A stretch of DNA of 64,000 bases, from positions 87,236,001 to 87,300,000 of the forward strand of contig NC_087437.1 in NCBI RefSeq assembly GCF_036321535.1. The letters run 5' to 3'. Within the stretch, counting starts at the first letter, position 1; every line of letters starts with the position of its first letter. This DNA is from Camelus dromedarius. Lineage: Eukaryota. The notes under the pieces were generated by a model that saw only the letters and a program-made list of their open reading frames with translations, did not search any database and was not told the origin of the DNA. Below are positions 38,598-51,545 of this stretch, piece by piece. A program made the translations under genes and the position numbers.

Positions 38598-39185
38598 TTC
38601 ATTCATGCATTTAATCAATATTTATTGAACACCTAGTATATGCCAGGCATTATTTTAGGTACTAGGGATATAGCATTGGACAAAACAGAGGAAACTCCTC
38701 TACCGTAGCTTACGTTCTGGAAAGGCAGGGAGGGTTGGGATGAGGATTAAAAGGAAAATACATTTTTAAGATGTCAGGTTGTAATAAAAGCTAAAAAGGA
38801 CAGGACAGGATAGTAAGTGATGGAAGGGAGTAGGTTTTTTTAAAAATGAGGTGGCATGGAAACACTATTTGTTAAGGTAATATTTATCAAAAAGAATTAA
38901 TGTAGTTCCTTGTGAATAACTGGGGAAATCACAGGAATTATGAATGCAAAGACCTGAGCCAGGCAAAGGCCTGTGTGTTTTGTTGGAGAAATAGCCAGGA
39001 CATCCATGTGCTACAGGAGAGTTAGCTGTAGGGCTTCATAGAGAAAGTGTGTGGGGAGATGAGTTTAGAAATTATCAGAGGGCCAAACAATGTAAAGGCT
39101 TCTAGGCTGTGATGAGAATTTTGTATTTCATTTGAAGTGAGACTGGAAGTGACTGGAGGATGTAGAGCAGTGGAGAAATGTGGTA
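38598..39185 (-). mobile_element. L2a 3' portion
   Basis: ttcattcatgcatttaatcaatatttattgaacaccta.tatatgccaggcatt.ttttaggtactagggatatagca. Confidence 0.85.
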
Positions 39186-39189
39186 TCTC

Positions 39190-40410
39190 CTTTTCTGCCA
39201 AACTCCTTGAATTTGTAATCCACTTTATCACCTCTAATTTACTTCTCTCTTCTTTTCACTGCAAGCAGCTACTGCCCTCATGATTCAGCTAAGACCAAAC
39301 TGAAAAATGACCAGTGATTTTCTAACTGCGTTGCCCAGCCTCTCCGCAAACTTATCTTGTGTACGACTTGCCTGTAGCCTTTGATCTAATTTCCCGTTCA
39401 ATTCTGCATACACACAACTTCTCTTTCCTTGACTTTTCTGTTCCTTTTATGCTTCTGTTCAGCCACTAGCTAATATCTAAACAGCTCCACGTGAAATTTC
39501 TACAAACATCTCTAACTTCTATGGTGCAAGTCAAGCCCATTTCTTCATTATAATCCCACTCTTTTTGTGACCCTCAATTAATGTTACTTCCACTTACTTC
39601 TTATGTATTAAGAATCTTACTGCTATATCCAGTTTGTTTCTTTCTTCTCAATGATTATATTCAAGCGGTCACCATTCTTCTGGGTTTTACAGCTATACTG
39701 CCTTTAAAATCTTTCTTTGCTATTTCTTTCTCACATTTCTAATGTGCCTTCTTATACTTTGGGAGGAAACTCATCTCTGTATTCCTGCATCCCTGCATCC
39801 AGAAACTTCTCAAGCTTTTCAGGAGAGGAAGACAAAACAAAACAACACAAAACACAATCACACATTCATCCCTTTAAAATAAAAATCCAATCATTTATAC
39901 TCCTGATCTAAAGCTCAGTTGATTCTCCAGTTCCCAGAAAATAAAGCCTGACCTCCTTAGCAAGGTATTCAAAATCCTCAGCAAAGCTCAGCTCCATTTT
40001 CCCGTTTCCTCCCTGCCATGGGCTGAACTCTGGTCATGAGGCACCTTCATAGTACGCTGGCTTTATTCTTCTTGTCTCCTTAACTGGTTGAGTGTTCCCC
40101 ATCTCCTCCATCCTCCTCTAATGGATGGTAATCCTCTAGTGTAATTTACTTGAGATGTTATTTGTATAGATCATTCTTCAGTTCTTTGGTTAGCATTTAT
40201 TACTACATTTCTGTAACCTAAGATTATTTTATTTATATAATTAACCTGCAAATTTACATTGTACCATCAATAATATGTTTATATATATATCAGGCTCCAT
40301 AATTTCGGCATAAGCTTCTTGAGCATCAGAACTCTGGTTTTTCTTTAGATAATCCAAATGCCTTGCACATGAGACTGATTTAAAAAATTTTTTCTAAATT
40401 GAACTGAAAA
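39190..40410 (+). mobile_element. Highly degenerate L2 fragments
   Basis: Pyrimidine-rich with aaataaagcc..actccttagcaaggtattcaa and taagcttcttgag...aga. Similar sequence at ~38200-38590 suggests it was split by the L2a above. Confidence 0.5.
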
Positions 40411-40816
40411 GGGTATAGTTCCCAAACAATGAAGATATATATAGAACCTTTTAAAATAATAGTCACATCAAAAGTAAGAATAGTGAAAATTAGTTGACTA
40501 CTATGATAAACATTAAAATAGTTCAATAATATTTCTTGTTTTCATTTTCTAACTACATGGTAGAATGGAAACTTATCCAACAGCTTGGTGATTAACATGT
40601 ACTATATTTTTCATGTATTAGCCATGAAGGCAAAGAGACAAAGTTGAGAGAATTTACTCAGACACATAAAGCTATTAATTTGGAAAGTCAAAGTCCATCT
40701 GTATTACAGTCACAGTTTTAACCACCTTGTACCATTTGGTCCTAAGAACTTACTAATTCATTTTATAATTGGTAAACTCCTACTGAATGCCACATAAACA
40801 GTCTTTAGTCTTTAAT

Positions 40817-41063
40817 AAACCTGGAGCCAGATTCTCTGGGTTGAAATCTCATCTTTTCTCTTATGAATTATGTGCCATAAGGAAAATGACTTATTCTCTC
40901 TGAGACTTATTCGTTTTCTCATCAGTAATATGGGGATACAAGTAGTACCTTCTTCATAGGTAGTTATCGTCACAACTTTATCTTCAAACCTTTTTGTTGT
41001 TAAAGTAAAAAGCATTTAATGATACCTGATGACAATAAACACTCAATAAATTTAGGTATTATT
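40817..41063 (+). mobile_element. MIR SINE (near full length)
   Basis: ctggagccaga...tgggttgaaatc...ttttctcatc.gtaa.atgggga...gtacct.cttcatagg...actcaataaat. Confidence 0.8.
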
Positions 41064-42617
41064 CTTATCACGTTTTCATTCCAGACACTGTCTTCAAAAT
41101 AGCAATATGTAAAGCAATTCATCGTCCCAACTCCAATGTCTCAAGTGAATCAATAACTGCAGACAAATCTAGCGCCATGTAAGGAATGTGCAAGGTCTCA
41201 TGGGATGATCACGGGGTGACAGTCTTCACTCATCCACCTGCAGTGTACATCCCCTTGGGCCCAGCCTGGTTAGCTGGTGCTGACTGAGCTATGCTTTTGT
41301 TGCTGACGGGCAGCCCCAGGACAGGATGTAAATGGAGAAGATGGGATGACAAAATGCCGCCCAGCATCAGGTGTAGGAGTGGGCTAGGTGAGGCTGGCAA
41401 GAGAGTGCCATGAGACTGTGAGGCAGCTCGAAGTAGAAAATCATTCCAGCAAATCAGGGAAGCAGATTAAATCGGGCACAACCATGAAGGGATGAACCTA
41501 GAACTTCTTAATATTGTTAGGATATCTGCCTTGATCCTATAGCCTAATTCTTTTTCTTTTTCTTCTTCTTCTTTTTTTTTTTTTTTTTTGATGTTGGAAC
41601 AAAAAGATATTTCAGAAGTGGTCTAGAAAATGTTCAATATTTTATACACTCAGATAAGTGACTCAGTCCCTTTGAGAACAAAATCTAGGCAAGTTAGTTT
41701 TCCTGATTCCCTGCTGTATGCCTGATCTTCACCAATTTATACCACAAATAGTAAAAATATAAAGTGTAAATACTTATGAAATAGTTTGTAAGGCATTTCC
41801 ATTGTTACTGTAGCAATGGGAAGATCTGTGATACAGGCAGGTAAGAACAGGGTGAAGCATCATTCTGGGCAGTGCTGGTCTGTTCCAAAGGCAACCTGAG
41901 CTTTCTCTAGCAATGAGCAGAGAAAGGTGAGAATGAAGGTTACAGACAATGAGACATATAGCTGTTTTGAAAAGCTATCACTTGCTCCATTATGGTAAAT
42001 ATAAGAAGATAATTAAATGTAAAGAATCCCTCAGTGAACAAATATTTAGCAAGTATCTATTCTGTGCACTCTTCCCTGTCCTGCAATGTGATGATCAGAA
42101 GATTAGATTTCAACTCTCACAGAGCTCAAATTCTCGTGGGAGAAAAAGACATCACGAGTAAATAAGTGAAACCAACTCAACAATATTTTATAGTGTGCAA
42201 AGGGCCATGAAGACAAAACAATATTGTGTTAAAGAGTGACTAGCAGACTATTTTGATTCAGTGAATCTGCCTTAAGAAGTTAATATTAAGTTGAGACCCA
42301 GAGGGCAAGAAGGATGTAAACATGTGGAGACCTGGGGGGAGAGTTTTCTAGGTATAGGTGTAGTTATGGTATGAGCACCATAGGAAGAGAACAAATTCAG
42401 ACTCTGGAAGCATTGAAAAAAAGTCAGCACAGCTAGAAACACAGTAGACATTTGGGAGAATTGCAAGAGGCAAGATCAGAATGGGAGACCAGGTTGTGAC
42501 CTTGCAGGGATTTATTCATAGAGTTAGAGGTCTAGGATAAGAGTTGGTACTTTATTCTGGGAGGATGTGAAGTCAAAGAAAGGTTTTAATAAAGGATTGA
42601 CATGATCTGATTATACA

Positions 42618-43205
42618 GTTTTTTTTTAACAGCTTTACTGAGAAATAATTTACATATCATATAGTTCCCTCATTTAAAGTTATACTTTAATGGTTTTTAC
42701 TTATAAAACTTTGATCTAATTTTAGAACATTTTCATCATCTCAAAAATGAAACCATAAACTGATCAACACTTACCCCTCCTCTTTACTCACCACCCACCC
42801 ATCCCCCTCCACCAACACACACCCTTCCCAGCCTTGTTCAACTATTAATCTACTTTCTGTCTCTCTATAAGGTCACATAGTATGTCAACTTTTGTGACTG
42901 ACTTCTTTCATTTAGCATATTTTCAAGGTTCATCCATGTTGTAGCATGATCAGTACTTCATTCCTTTTTATTGCCAAATAACATTCCATTGTGTATATAT
43001 GGATATACCACATTTTGTTTATCCATTCTTCAGTTCATGAACATTTGGGTTATCACTACTTTTTGCCTGTTATGAATGATGCTCCTATGAACATTCATGT
43101 ACAAGTTTTTGTGTGAACATATATTTTCATGTCTCTTGGGTAGATATTTGGAAGTGGGAATGCTGAGTTCTATGATAATTCTATACTTAGCATTTTGAGG
43201 AAATC
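42618..43205 (-). mobile_element. L1MA/MB-type 3' end
   Basis: tttttaacagctttactgaga.ataattta, ttcaaggttcatccatgttgtagcatg, gaacattcatgtacaagtttttgtgtgaacata. Confidence 0.85.
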
Positions 43206-43214
43206 ATTTAGGCA

Positions 43215-43590
43215 ACTGGAGATTTGGTGATGCACTTCTAAGATAGCTTCTTCATACATATGCCTGGCACTAGAAGTGCTTCTTGGCCTCTTTCTTTTTA
43301 CAGATGATCTCATCCTCCAGGATCCTGCCACTTGGCTTGGGCATCTCACAGCATGGCAATTTCTGGTAGTTACATTTTGTATGTGGTTCTTGGCTTCAAG
43401 AGGCAGGAAACTGAAGCTTTGGTGCTGAGTCACTGTCAGATCTATTCTATTCTATCGATCAAACCAGTCACAGTCCCTTACACATTCAAGTGGATAGAGA
43501 AATTGATCTTACCTTTTGATAGGGATGTGACAAGATAATGTGGAAGAAAATTAGGTAAGGTGAGAGATTTTAATATGGACATTTTTGAAA
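43215..43590 (-). mobile_element. MLT1 (MaLR) LTR fragment
   Basis: cttgggcatctcacagcatggc, gtcactgtc....ctattcta, cagtcaca, aattgatcttaccttttgataggga, tttgaaaaatacaatctaccac. Confidence 0.7.
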
Positions 43591-44057
43591 AATACAATCT
43601 ACCACGTTGGGGCAGTTAGGAGATATTGCAAAAATCCAAGGTAAATGTAATGGTGGTTTAGGTTAGAGTATTTGTTGTGGAAATGAAGAGTTGTAGATGG
43701 TCGGACCAAGAATGTTTCAGAGATAAGACTTACATATCAAATGAACAGGGTCAGGAGAAGGGAAGTAAAGACAAGAGAAGAATGAATGACCCAACCCTAA
43801 CTCAATGCTTGAGCAACTGTCTTCATAATACATAGTTTTCAGTGTTCCAGGGCAATATGAGTGGTCACGTATAAGTTAGTTTAGCTTTGTTGGTGTGTTT
43901 CACTGTGTGCGTGTTTGTGCCCCTAATCAAAGTCTGATATACTTCACATTCAGTATAAGTGCCTTTTATGTATCCAAGAGAAATCTCACAAAGGCATCTG
44001 AACACATGAGTTGAAGTTCAGGAGGAAAATAATGACAGGAGATTTAAGTTTGGTAGT

Positions 44058-44524
44058 TGTGCCGGGCTTGTCCCGCTTTTTTTCAGACACACTCCTCATG
44101 CTTCCCCTGTTCTGCTCTGCATCACAAGCGGGCTAATCACTGCTGGCTATGTCTCACATTGGGTTTTGGCTGATGGCAGACCCTGGTGAGAGACTGGAAA
44201 ATGACAGATTGGAGAATCAAGTGTATTTCTTTCCCTGTCCTTTTGCCTTGAATACCCTTTGTGGCTCCAGCCCCCACCCCACAGTTTGGCTGTGATTCTA
44301 GCTTCCATATGGTCAGTCCTTGCATCTAATATCTGGTAACTATCTCCATTCTTTGATCCTCTAATCTAAGAGTGTAGCTGTTGGTAGCATGTTGGTTACC
44401 TCATCACTCCCCCTTTTCCTTCTTAGCTCCTTTATCACCTATGTAACAATTGACTCTATTAAAGTCCTCTTTTTTTAAATCCTTACAGTGGTTTCTGTTT
44501 TCTGGATTACACTCTCACTGATAG
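44058..44524 (+). mobile_element. LTR33-like ERVL LTR
   Basis: tgtgcc...cctgttctgctctgca...tgggttttggc..atgg.agaccctgg...gagactgg...attaaa.tcctct...gtggtttctgttttctgga....ctgata. Confidence 0.7.
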
Positions 44525-45499
44525 CATTTATCAGCATATAGCATATAGGTACTGAAAGCTAGGGGGGAAAATAAAATTAAAACTATGCTGTTCACAGGAA
44601 AATAGCTCAAATAGGGCAGGAATTTTGTGTATTGTGTTTATTGATGTATTTCCAGGATATAGAATACTATTTAGAATATATGAAAACACAATGTTTATTG
44701 GGTAAGGACATTAATTAGCTAATTAAGGGAAATACTATTAATATTCAGATTTTAAAATTATTTTTAAAGCCACATTATCTTCACTTCAAAAAGGTGTTTT
44801 AAAAACATATTAAATGTACCATTTTCCTTCTGTACTTTTATCAGTATCACTTTGTTTCTTAATAATCACATAGTAGATTTGATAAAGGATGATTAAGGTT
44901 GTTGCCAAGGTATGTAAAACAAAGGATAAATAGTATTCCCCAGATGGCATTCAACATATAATTTTGCAAAGTCAGGTTTTGAGAAAACAGAATTTTTTAG
45001 CTTTCTCTGACATATTAAGAAATAAATCCAGAAGAATCAGATTAAAGGGTTTCTTCCACAAAGTAGAGAAGAAACCACTTCATCTATGATGGCTTGGCTA
45101 CGAGCCTTGCTGCCTTAGGTTAACAGTTGGATGTAATATGAAGGAAAGATTCTCACTCAATCAAATTGACTAAGTTTCTGCAGCCACTCCAAAGGGAAGA
45201 CGAGGAAGATCCAGAGGATTCTTCATTGAAGAACCCTTGCTGCTTTTTTCGCTGAACACACTATACCCAAAGACACCTGCAACCATCCTGGGGGTCAGGA
45301 AAGGAAAGAGGATAAAATCTGAAAAAGCATTTATCTGAAGAACGAGAGTTAGCAAAATCAACTCTGTGGAAAAGAAACTTTGAGTAAGTTTGTTACCAAC
45401 CTTCTTGAGTCGGGCCCCAGCAGAGGTCCTTCTGCCTGGTGTCCTTGGAGCCAACAGAACCAGACTCAGTTTGGCTCAGAAGAAAAGGAACTCTTTATT

Positions 45500-45874
45500 C
45501 TTTGCTCAGAGAATGGAGAGATTGTGCGCATGCTCTAGAGCACAGAGTCTCCCGAACAGGCCAGGGGCGGGGCTGTGTAGGGAATCTCGTCAGCGGAGAG
45601 GGGATGGAGTTCTCGCGAGGACTGGAGAAGCACCAGATCTCAGTGCCAGGCAGGCGCAGTGGTTTCTATACAGAGCCCGCTGCTGCCGCCGCCACTGCCG
45701 CCATCTTGAGTTGAGGCACTGTGTGTGGTGCGTCTGCTCTCGGTCCTGGCTCAGAAATGTCAGCGCATTGCTTTCACTTGAGGGTCTCTGGTCTGAAGGG
45801 CTGAGTGACAGGCCTCTGCACTTGGCATCCTATGAGCAAGAGAAACTAGAGGAAGCACAATGGAAAAGACAAAG
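45500..45874 (+). promoter_or_regulatory. Orphan promoter-like CpG cluster with candidate first exon
   Basis: TGCGCATGC (45525-33), GGGGCGGGGC (45564-73), TCTCGCGAG (45611-19), TATACA (45667-72), GCCGCCATCTTG (45697-708), and possible donor AAG|GTTAGA after 45874. Confidence 0.65.
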
Positions 45875-47325
45875 GTTAGACTTTCTTTTACTACTCAGAT
45901 TCTATTTTTATTTCCTGGGAATTGTTAATGGGCTTTGCTTGTGACAGGTTCAATGTTTAAACCAAAAAGAGACCTTTAAATGAGGAAATACTGGAATATT
46001 TGTTTTCCGTTACTAAGCTGTCTCACTTGTTTAGTGGAGTTTCGTCTTAGGAAAAGTGAAAGTGAAAAAGCTAATTTTCTTTTTGCATTCATATTTTAAT
46101 AAGACTAAATTTGCTCCCCTGGTGCGTTTTGGTTTTATAACATTTAGTATTATATTAATTCTGCTTGGTATTTCCTATTTACTCTTTCATGTTACATCAT
46201 GCTTAAACTTCACTGTCTCTGTTACAAGATGAATGATTATTCTCTTACGAAAAATATTTTAAAGGAAAGTTGATAAACAGTTATATGGCAACTAGTGTCT
46301 TCAAAATATGTATGTTTAGGAAAAGAAAATGACTAAACTCTAAAAGAATATTGGCAAGTCTGCCTTAACTTTTTGGTGTGCAAAATGAATTAAAGATGAT
46401 ATAATTTTTTTAAGATGATACAATTTTAATTTCACTATAAAGAGATGTCTTTGGGAGTAATACTTTATTTATAAACTTTTTTCAAGTTTTACTTTTTATA
46501 CCAAGTAAAAATAATTATTATTACCATTATCACAGTAATGGTAGAGAAAGCATTATACATCCCTTTATAAAAATTCAACTATGCATTTCAGTAAAATGTT
46601 TCATTTAATTAATAGGATATTGTAAGATAAAATTGAACCCTGTTAAGATTTGGAGACATCTTTAGCACAAAAGACATTATAAAATTCAAGTTAAGCCATA
46701 GTCTACTGCCAGACATTGTTGGAAACCTAGAAACACAGTATCTAGCTATTCAGGTGAAAGAAGTGTTCGTTTCGGGGGTAAACTGCCACATTTGTACTTG
46801 GCTTGTACTTGGAAGCTGCCCTGGCGATGATAATGTTGTCCTTCTTCCTTACCCAGAGAAATAACATAATCTTTACTTTTCTTCCCTGACAAAAACTCTC
46901 CTTTGTGTCATGATACAGTGCAGTTAAATTTGCTATTGCAAGAAAAATGAAATCACATCAAGGCTTCAGGAGAACCTTTTGCTCAAATCATTTTATATTA
47001 TAGGTTCTTTTAGAAGTTTATTCTCAAAACTCATGGTTTTCTACAACCTATTTTTGTACTTAAATTTTTTTTATATAACTACAGTGGTTGCACAAATTCT
47101 ATAAACCGTTTGAAGGCAAGAATGTACACTTTGGTTTAGGAAGTTATTTTCAGAGGAAATGCATTACAGTATTTGTCTACCTTAAAAATGCATATGAGAA
47201 AGCAAAGAATTAAAATGGATTACTTATTGCAGGAGCTTTAAGGATGGTAGATTTTCCCATGAGAAATGGGTACAAAAGTCTTTTTAAGTGTTTAGGCTTT
47301 GAATAAAATAACAGGATTTCATTAA

Positions 47326-47400
47326 CAAGTTACTTTTGTTACCAAGTTACTTTTGTTACCAAGTTCTCACATAACCAAGTTCTCACGTAAGACAAGTTTC
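47326..47400. repeat. 16-17 bp tandem array with CAAGTT anchor (5 anchors)
   Basis: caagttacttttgttac x2, caagttctcacataac, caagttctcacgtaaga, caagtttc. Confidence 0.85.
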
Positions 47401-50400
47401 TAGAGTCAGCATAAATTATTTGCATAGCAGACTTACTAATTTAAAACCTCTCTGTACTTATGGCTAATCATTTGTTTCACAGATTTTTAGTCATTTTATT
47501 CACCTGTTCTCTTCAAACATTAATTTAAATGGTATTTACTAAACTGATACATAATTGAGTTTTTCTTATTACGTATACTAGCTCCGTAAAGGACAATCAT
47601 TAACAAAAATAAAAGCCACATACTAAGTTCAAGTAACCCTATGTGCACAGAATCTTATCTTAAATATGTCTATATTATATAGTATTTTGCCAGTTTGAGT
47701 ATCAACTAAAATATTACTAATACTTTTCGTGCCATTTTAAATTAAAATTAAAATCAATTTTAATAGAAGGGATATTTGAATAAAAAGTAAATTTATCTAT
47801 TCACTTGTACCACAATATTCTGAGGTATGATAATTATTAATGTTGAAAGGATATATAGGTCATATGTATGTAGTTTAATCTCTTTTTAAAAATTCTTAAA
47901 AGAAAATACAGGAGAAAATAACAAATTAAATATATATGGGATATATATCCTAAAAAGACAAATGTTTTGTAGATGAATTTAAGTGTCTTAACTGTGAATA
48001 TGGCCTCAACATCAGAAAAGGCTTGATTTCAATCACTATCAATTTATGTAAGATGAAAAAAATATTATGAATGTAACACATTTTGGTTAATAGGAGAGTG
48101 GGATTTCTTTCAGGAAAAGAACTTTATGAAAACAACATGTTACTATTGGTAGGGAAAAGTTAATACTGTGACATAAGCCTTTTCTACTTTTTATAATCAT
48201 TGACTTCTTTTTTGAAGGTCTTTATCAAATTTTGCAGTTTATATTTGGAACACAATTTTTCGTTACTACTCAAGTAACACATGTTACTAGTAGAAAAAAG
48301 TTTAAACTATTGAAAAGATGTGTTTTTCCCCAAGAGAAGAGTTTGAAATGCAGAAAAATTATGAGAGTAATCTGAAAAATAATTTGTCTTAGATTAATTC
48401 CAAATGGTAAAATATAAAACAGATTGATTCTTCATTCATTATGGAAAACACGAAACATTTTTTAGGCCAAATCTATAGATGGTATAAAATGTGTATGCGT
48501 ATCATATGGAATACTTAGATTTTCTCAGAATGCTATTTTATTATTTTATGTCTGGAGATTAAAAAAAAAAAAAGACCCGAGAAACAAACTGTTTCTTTTA
48601 TTTTTCACAAACTTCTGTAACATCCATTTCTTTGATTCCTCATTCTCACATTGTCGGAGTGTTTGACCCCTGAGTTTGGTAGATGAATGGCACAGCACCA
48701 AGTAGATTATCAAACAAATGTGGCACTTCTAAAGCTGCAGCACCAAACTGCAAATTGGAAGTACACCCCTGGTTATACTGTCAACAAAGGGGACCCTTGA
48801 TGTGTGATTCCACTCATCATTCCTCTTAAGCCATTATGAGACAGCTGAGATCAGACAACAATGAAAGAACATGTGCTTGATTGTTAGTATGTCAGATGTA
48901 CATTATTAAAAACAGTAGGGACAAGGGGAGAGATGAGAGGAAAGGCAGTGCCTTCTTTGTTCCATGAGTGAGGGTTTTTTTTGAGAAGAAAAGAATTCTA
49001 AGAGGCACTGCCATGTAACTCCCTATCATGAAGGCCTAGCTTCCCCCTCTGTTCATTTGATAATGAAGTTTGTGTTCTTTCTTCCATAATGAAAATGATT
49101 AAGAGCTTGTTTTAAGTGCATACTGATTCCTATCAATTTCAAATGAAAACTAATTTTCATCTCATTCAATTTCTGATTGTTCTTGAAAGATCTATGTACA
49201 GATTACCTGGTTTGGTGTAAGCAAGAACTTTCCCAGTCGCCCCATCATAAGAATATGAGAGAGTATTGAAGACTTAGAAATTGTCTGCTTCATTCAGATC
49301 TTGGAGCTAAAAGTAAAAATCATTAATAATTATGTTTATTGTATATCATATTGTACATGGTTTAACTAAAGTAAGGGCTTAAATTCAGAAGAAGTAAATG
49401 AAAATCTGTCAATATCTTATTGTACCATATGATATATTTACCATTGAAACTTTGGAATTTTTCAATGTGTTCGTATTGAAGATAACCAAGTTAGTCGCCA
49501 AAAAATAACATGTATGAAATAAATGTGTAAAACATAATAGAATTTATAAAAAAGAATTTTTTCGCAGATTATTTCACAGGGGAAAATCAGGTTTATACAT
49601 TGTAATTTACAAATCTATTTTTTCTCTATTTCCCAGAATTTATTATTTTGGGCAATACTTTTCTTAATCCTTTTGAAAAAATAATTTATTCATTACAGAG
49701 ATAATGTATATTTATTAAAAACATATATAATTATGATATTTAAATTTTATGTAATTATCTGTTGAATAAACAATTTTGTTTTATTTTCTCTTTTGTTGAC
49801 TTATCACATTGTTCAACCATTGTTTAAAAAAAAAGAAAGTGGTCTGTGAAAACCAAAGAGATGATTATGTTTAACTTATTTCTTTTGCTCCACTTACCCA
49901 AATAATGAATAGTTGGGGTTGGAATATTACAATATTTGTATTAAAATATATTAAGTTGCTGCACTCCATAGTTCTTATAACTTTATTGGAATCCAGTTTA
50001 TTTGCATTATAAAAGTTTAAAATAAATGTCAGTGTCACATTCAGATAAATTCACAAAAGTAACAAGAATAAAAATTATGAAAAATTTGAAGGCCCATCAT
50101 AAATTTACTTAATTTAAATTTATAACTTATTTAAAGTGTTTCCAAACAGATTTCAAAAGTAATAAACAACTGAAATGTCATTAACTCTTTTCATTAACTA
50201 CAATCCAAAGCATTTATTTAGAAAGCCTAAATTCAGAATACGTTGAATTACAATTTTGATAAATCCTAAATATTTATTCCTAAATCTTCAAAGTCACTAT
50301 AGTATTAAAGAATTTCCTTTCCAAATTCTAAAAATGAAATCAAGTCTATTGTGCCTAAAATCACTTAAATATGTAAAGTCAAGTGTTGTCCAGTGTACAT

Positions 50401-51069
50401 TGGAAACAAATATAAATATATGCAAATATTTATATATAAATGTGAAAATATTTGCATTGGCTATATATATGTGGGGGGATGGGTAACAAATGCAAATACT
50501 CCACATTGTTTCAGCATTTATTACAGGACATACTGAAATACTTTGAATATATTGTTTACTTTTGAGTAGAAATTTTTTTATATATTTTTGATAGGACATT
50601 TTTCTTTTCAGTGTGAATGAAATTTATAGTTGTTGACAAGGATAATAATTGTTTTAAAAAACTCAGTAACATTTTCAGCAATCAGAATAATTACAAATAA
50701 TATTTTTTTTTTATCCAGAAGTGTTATCTGTTGAAGGATATATGCTCAAACATGTTTTACTTATCGGCCTTTTGGTAAATTTTTATGTAATAAAGTAATT
50801 GCTACATATACATACAGATGCTTGCAATTATGAAAATAAACATCTCAGAAATATAAAATGTACTTGGTAAAATTAGAGAGGAATAGAATATGGTCTCATT
50901 TTTGAAAATGCTTCTTATAATCGAGAAATTATGAAATAACTTTTGAAAGGTAAAAAAAAATGGCACATGCTTTCCTGATTTAAGATTATTCATAGGTTGA
51001 CATGTGAATCACACATCCTCTTCTTGACTGAAATATGTACTTTGAAAACTCTTTTGGGAATACACCACT

Positions 51070-51545
51070 AAGAAATAGATTTAGCTACAAGTAACTGAAC
51101 TTATGTGCAGAAGTGACTTAAGTCATGAGAACATTTATCATTTTTCTAGGAAAGGAATCCAGAGATAAGCAGTCTAAGGGTTAGGTCACAGCTTCACATC
51201 ATTATCAAGTCTCTTTTTTATAATGTGCTATGCAGAGCTTTTGTACCTACGCATTTTTGCCTCATGGTCAAAAGATGGCCTTTTCCAGGTACCATGTCCA
51301 TGTTTAAAGTACAAAGAACAAGAAGGAGGCAATGCTAATTTTTGAGAAACTCTCTGCATGCTTCTCTTTGTGTCTTATTGGCCAAAAGTTTGTCACATGG
51401 CCACTCCTGGCTGCAAGGAATCTGTGAAAACAAACATATGGCAAAGAGAAACACACAAGTTTGGGCACATTGATTTCCCAAACAACATAATGACTGAGTT
51501 TATAAAATAAGACAGGGTAGGTAGAGGGAAATGACTCTTGATACA
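51070..51545 (-). mobile_element. Old MLT1 (K/L/J-type) MaLR LTR
   Basis: gcctcatggtca.aagatggc, tcttattggccaaaa.tt.gtcacatggccactcctggctgcaagga. Confidence 0.72.

Larger units (their letters stand above)
42030..44060 (-). mobile_element. L2 interrupted by L1 and MLT1 insertions
   Basis: aacaaatattta.caagtatcta (42036), ttaagttgagaccc, ggttttaa..aagga.tgacatgatctga (42583-42610). It resumes at cagttaggaga.tattgca...tccaaggt (~43613) and gagatttaagtttgg.agt (~44040). Confidence 0.7.

Noticed and set aside
45673..45704. Minus-strand AAGATGGCGGCA... read as the start of a retrogene (MAAVAAAAAGSV)
   Set aside because: Hits TAG after 12 codons, with no recognisable coding continuation, poly(A) or TSD.
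45390..45944. 184-aa + strand ORF (and nested 91-aa ORF)
   Set aside because: Non-ATG start upstream of the promoter motifs, GC-rich, and no family resemblance. Better explained as promoter/5' UTR sequence.
47326..47400. CRISPR-like repeat-spacer array
   Set aside because: Mammalian DNA, 6-nt anchor, duplicated spacers, no cas genes.
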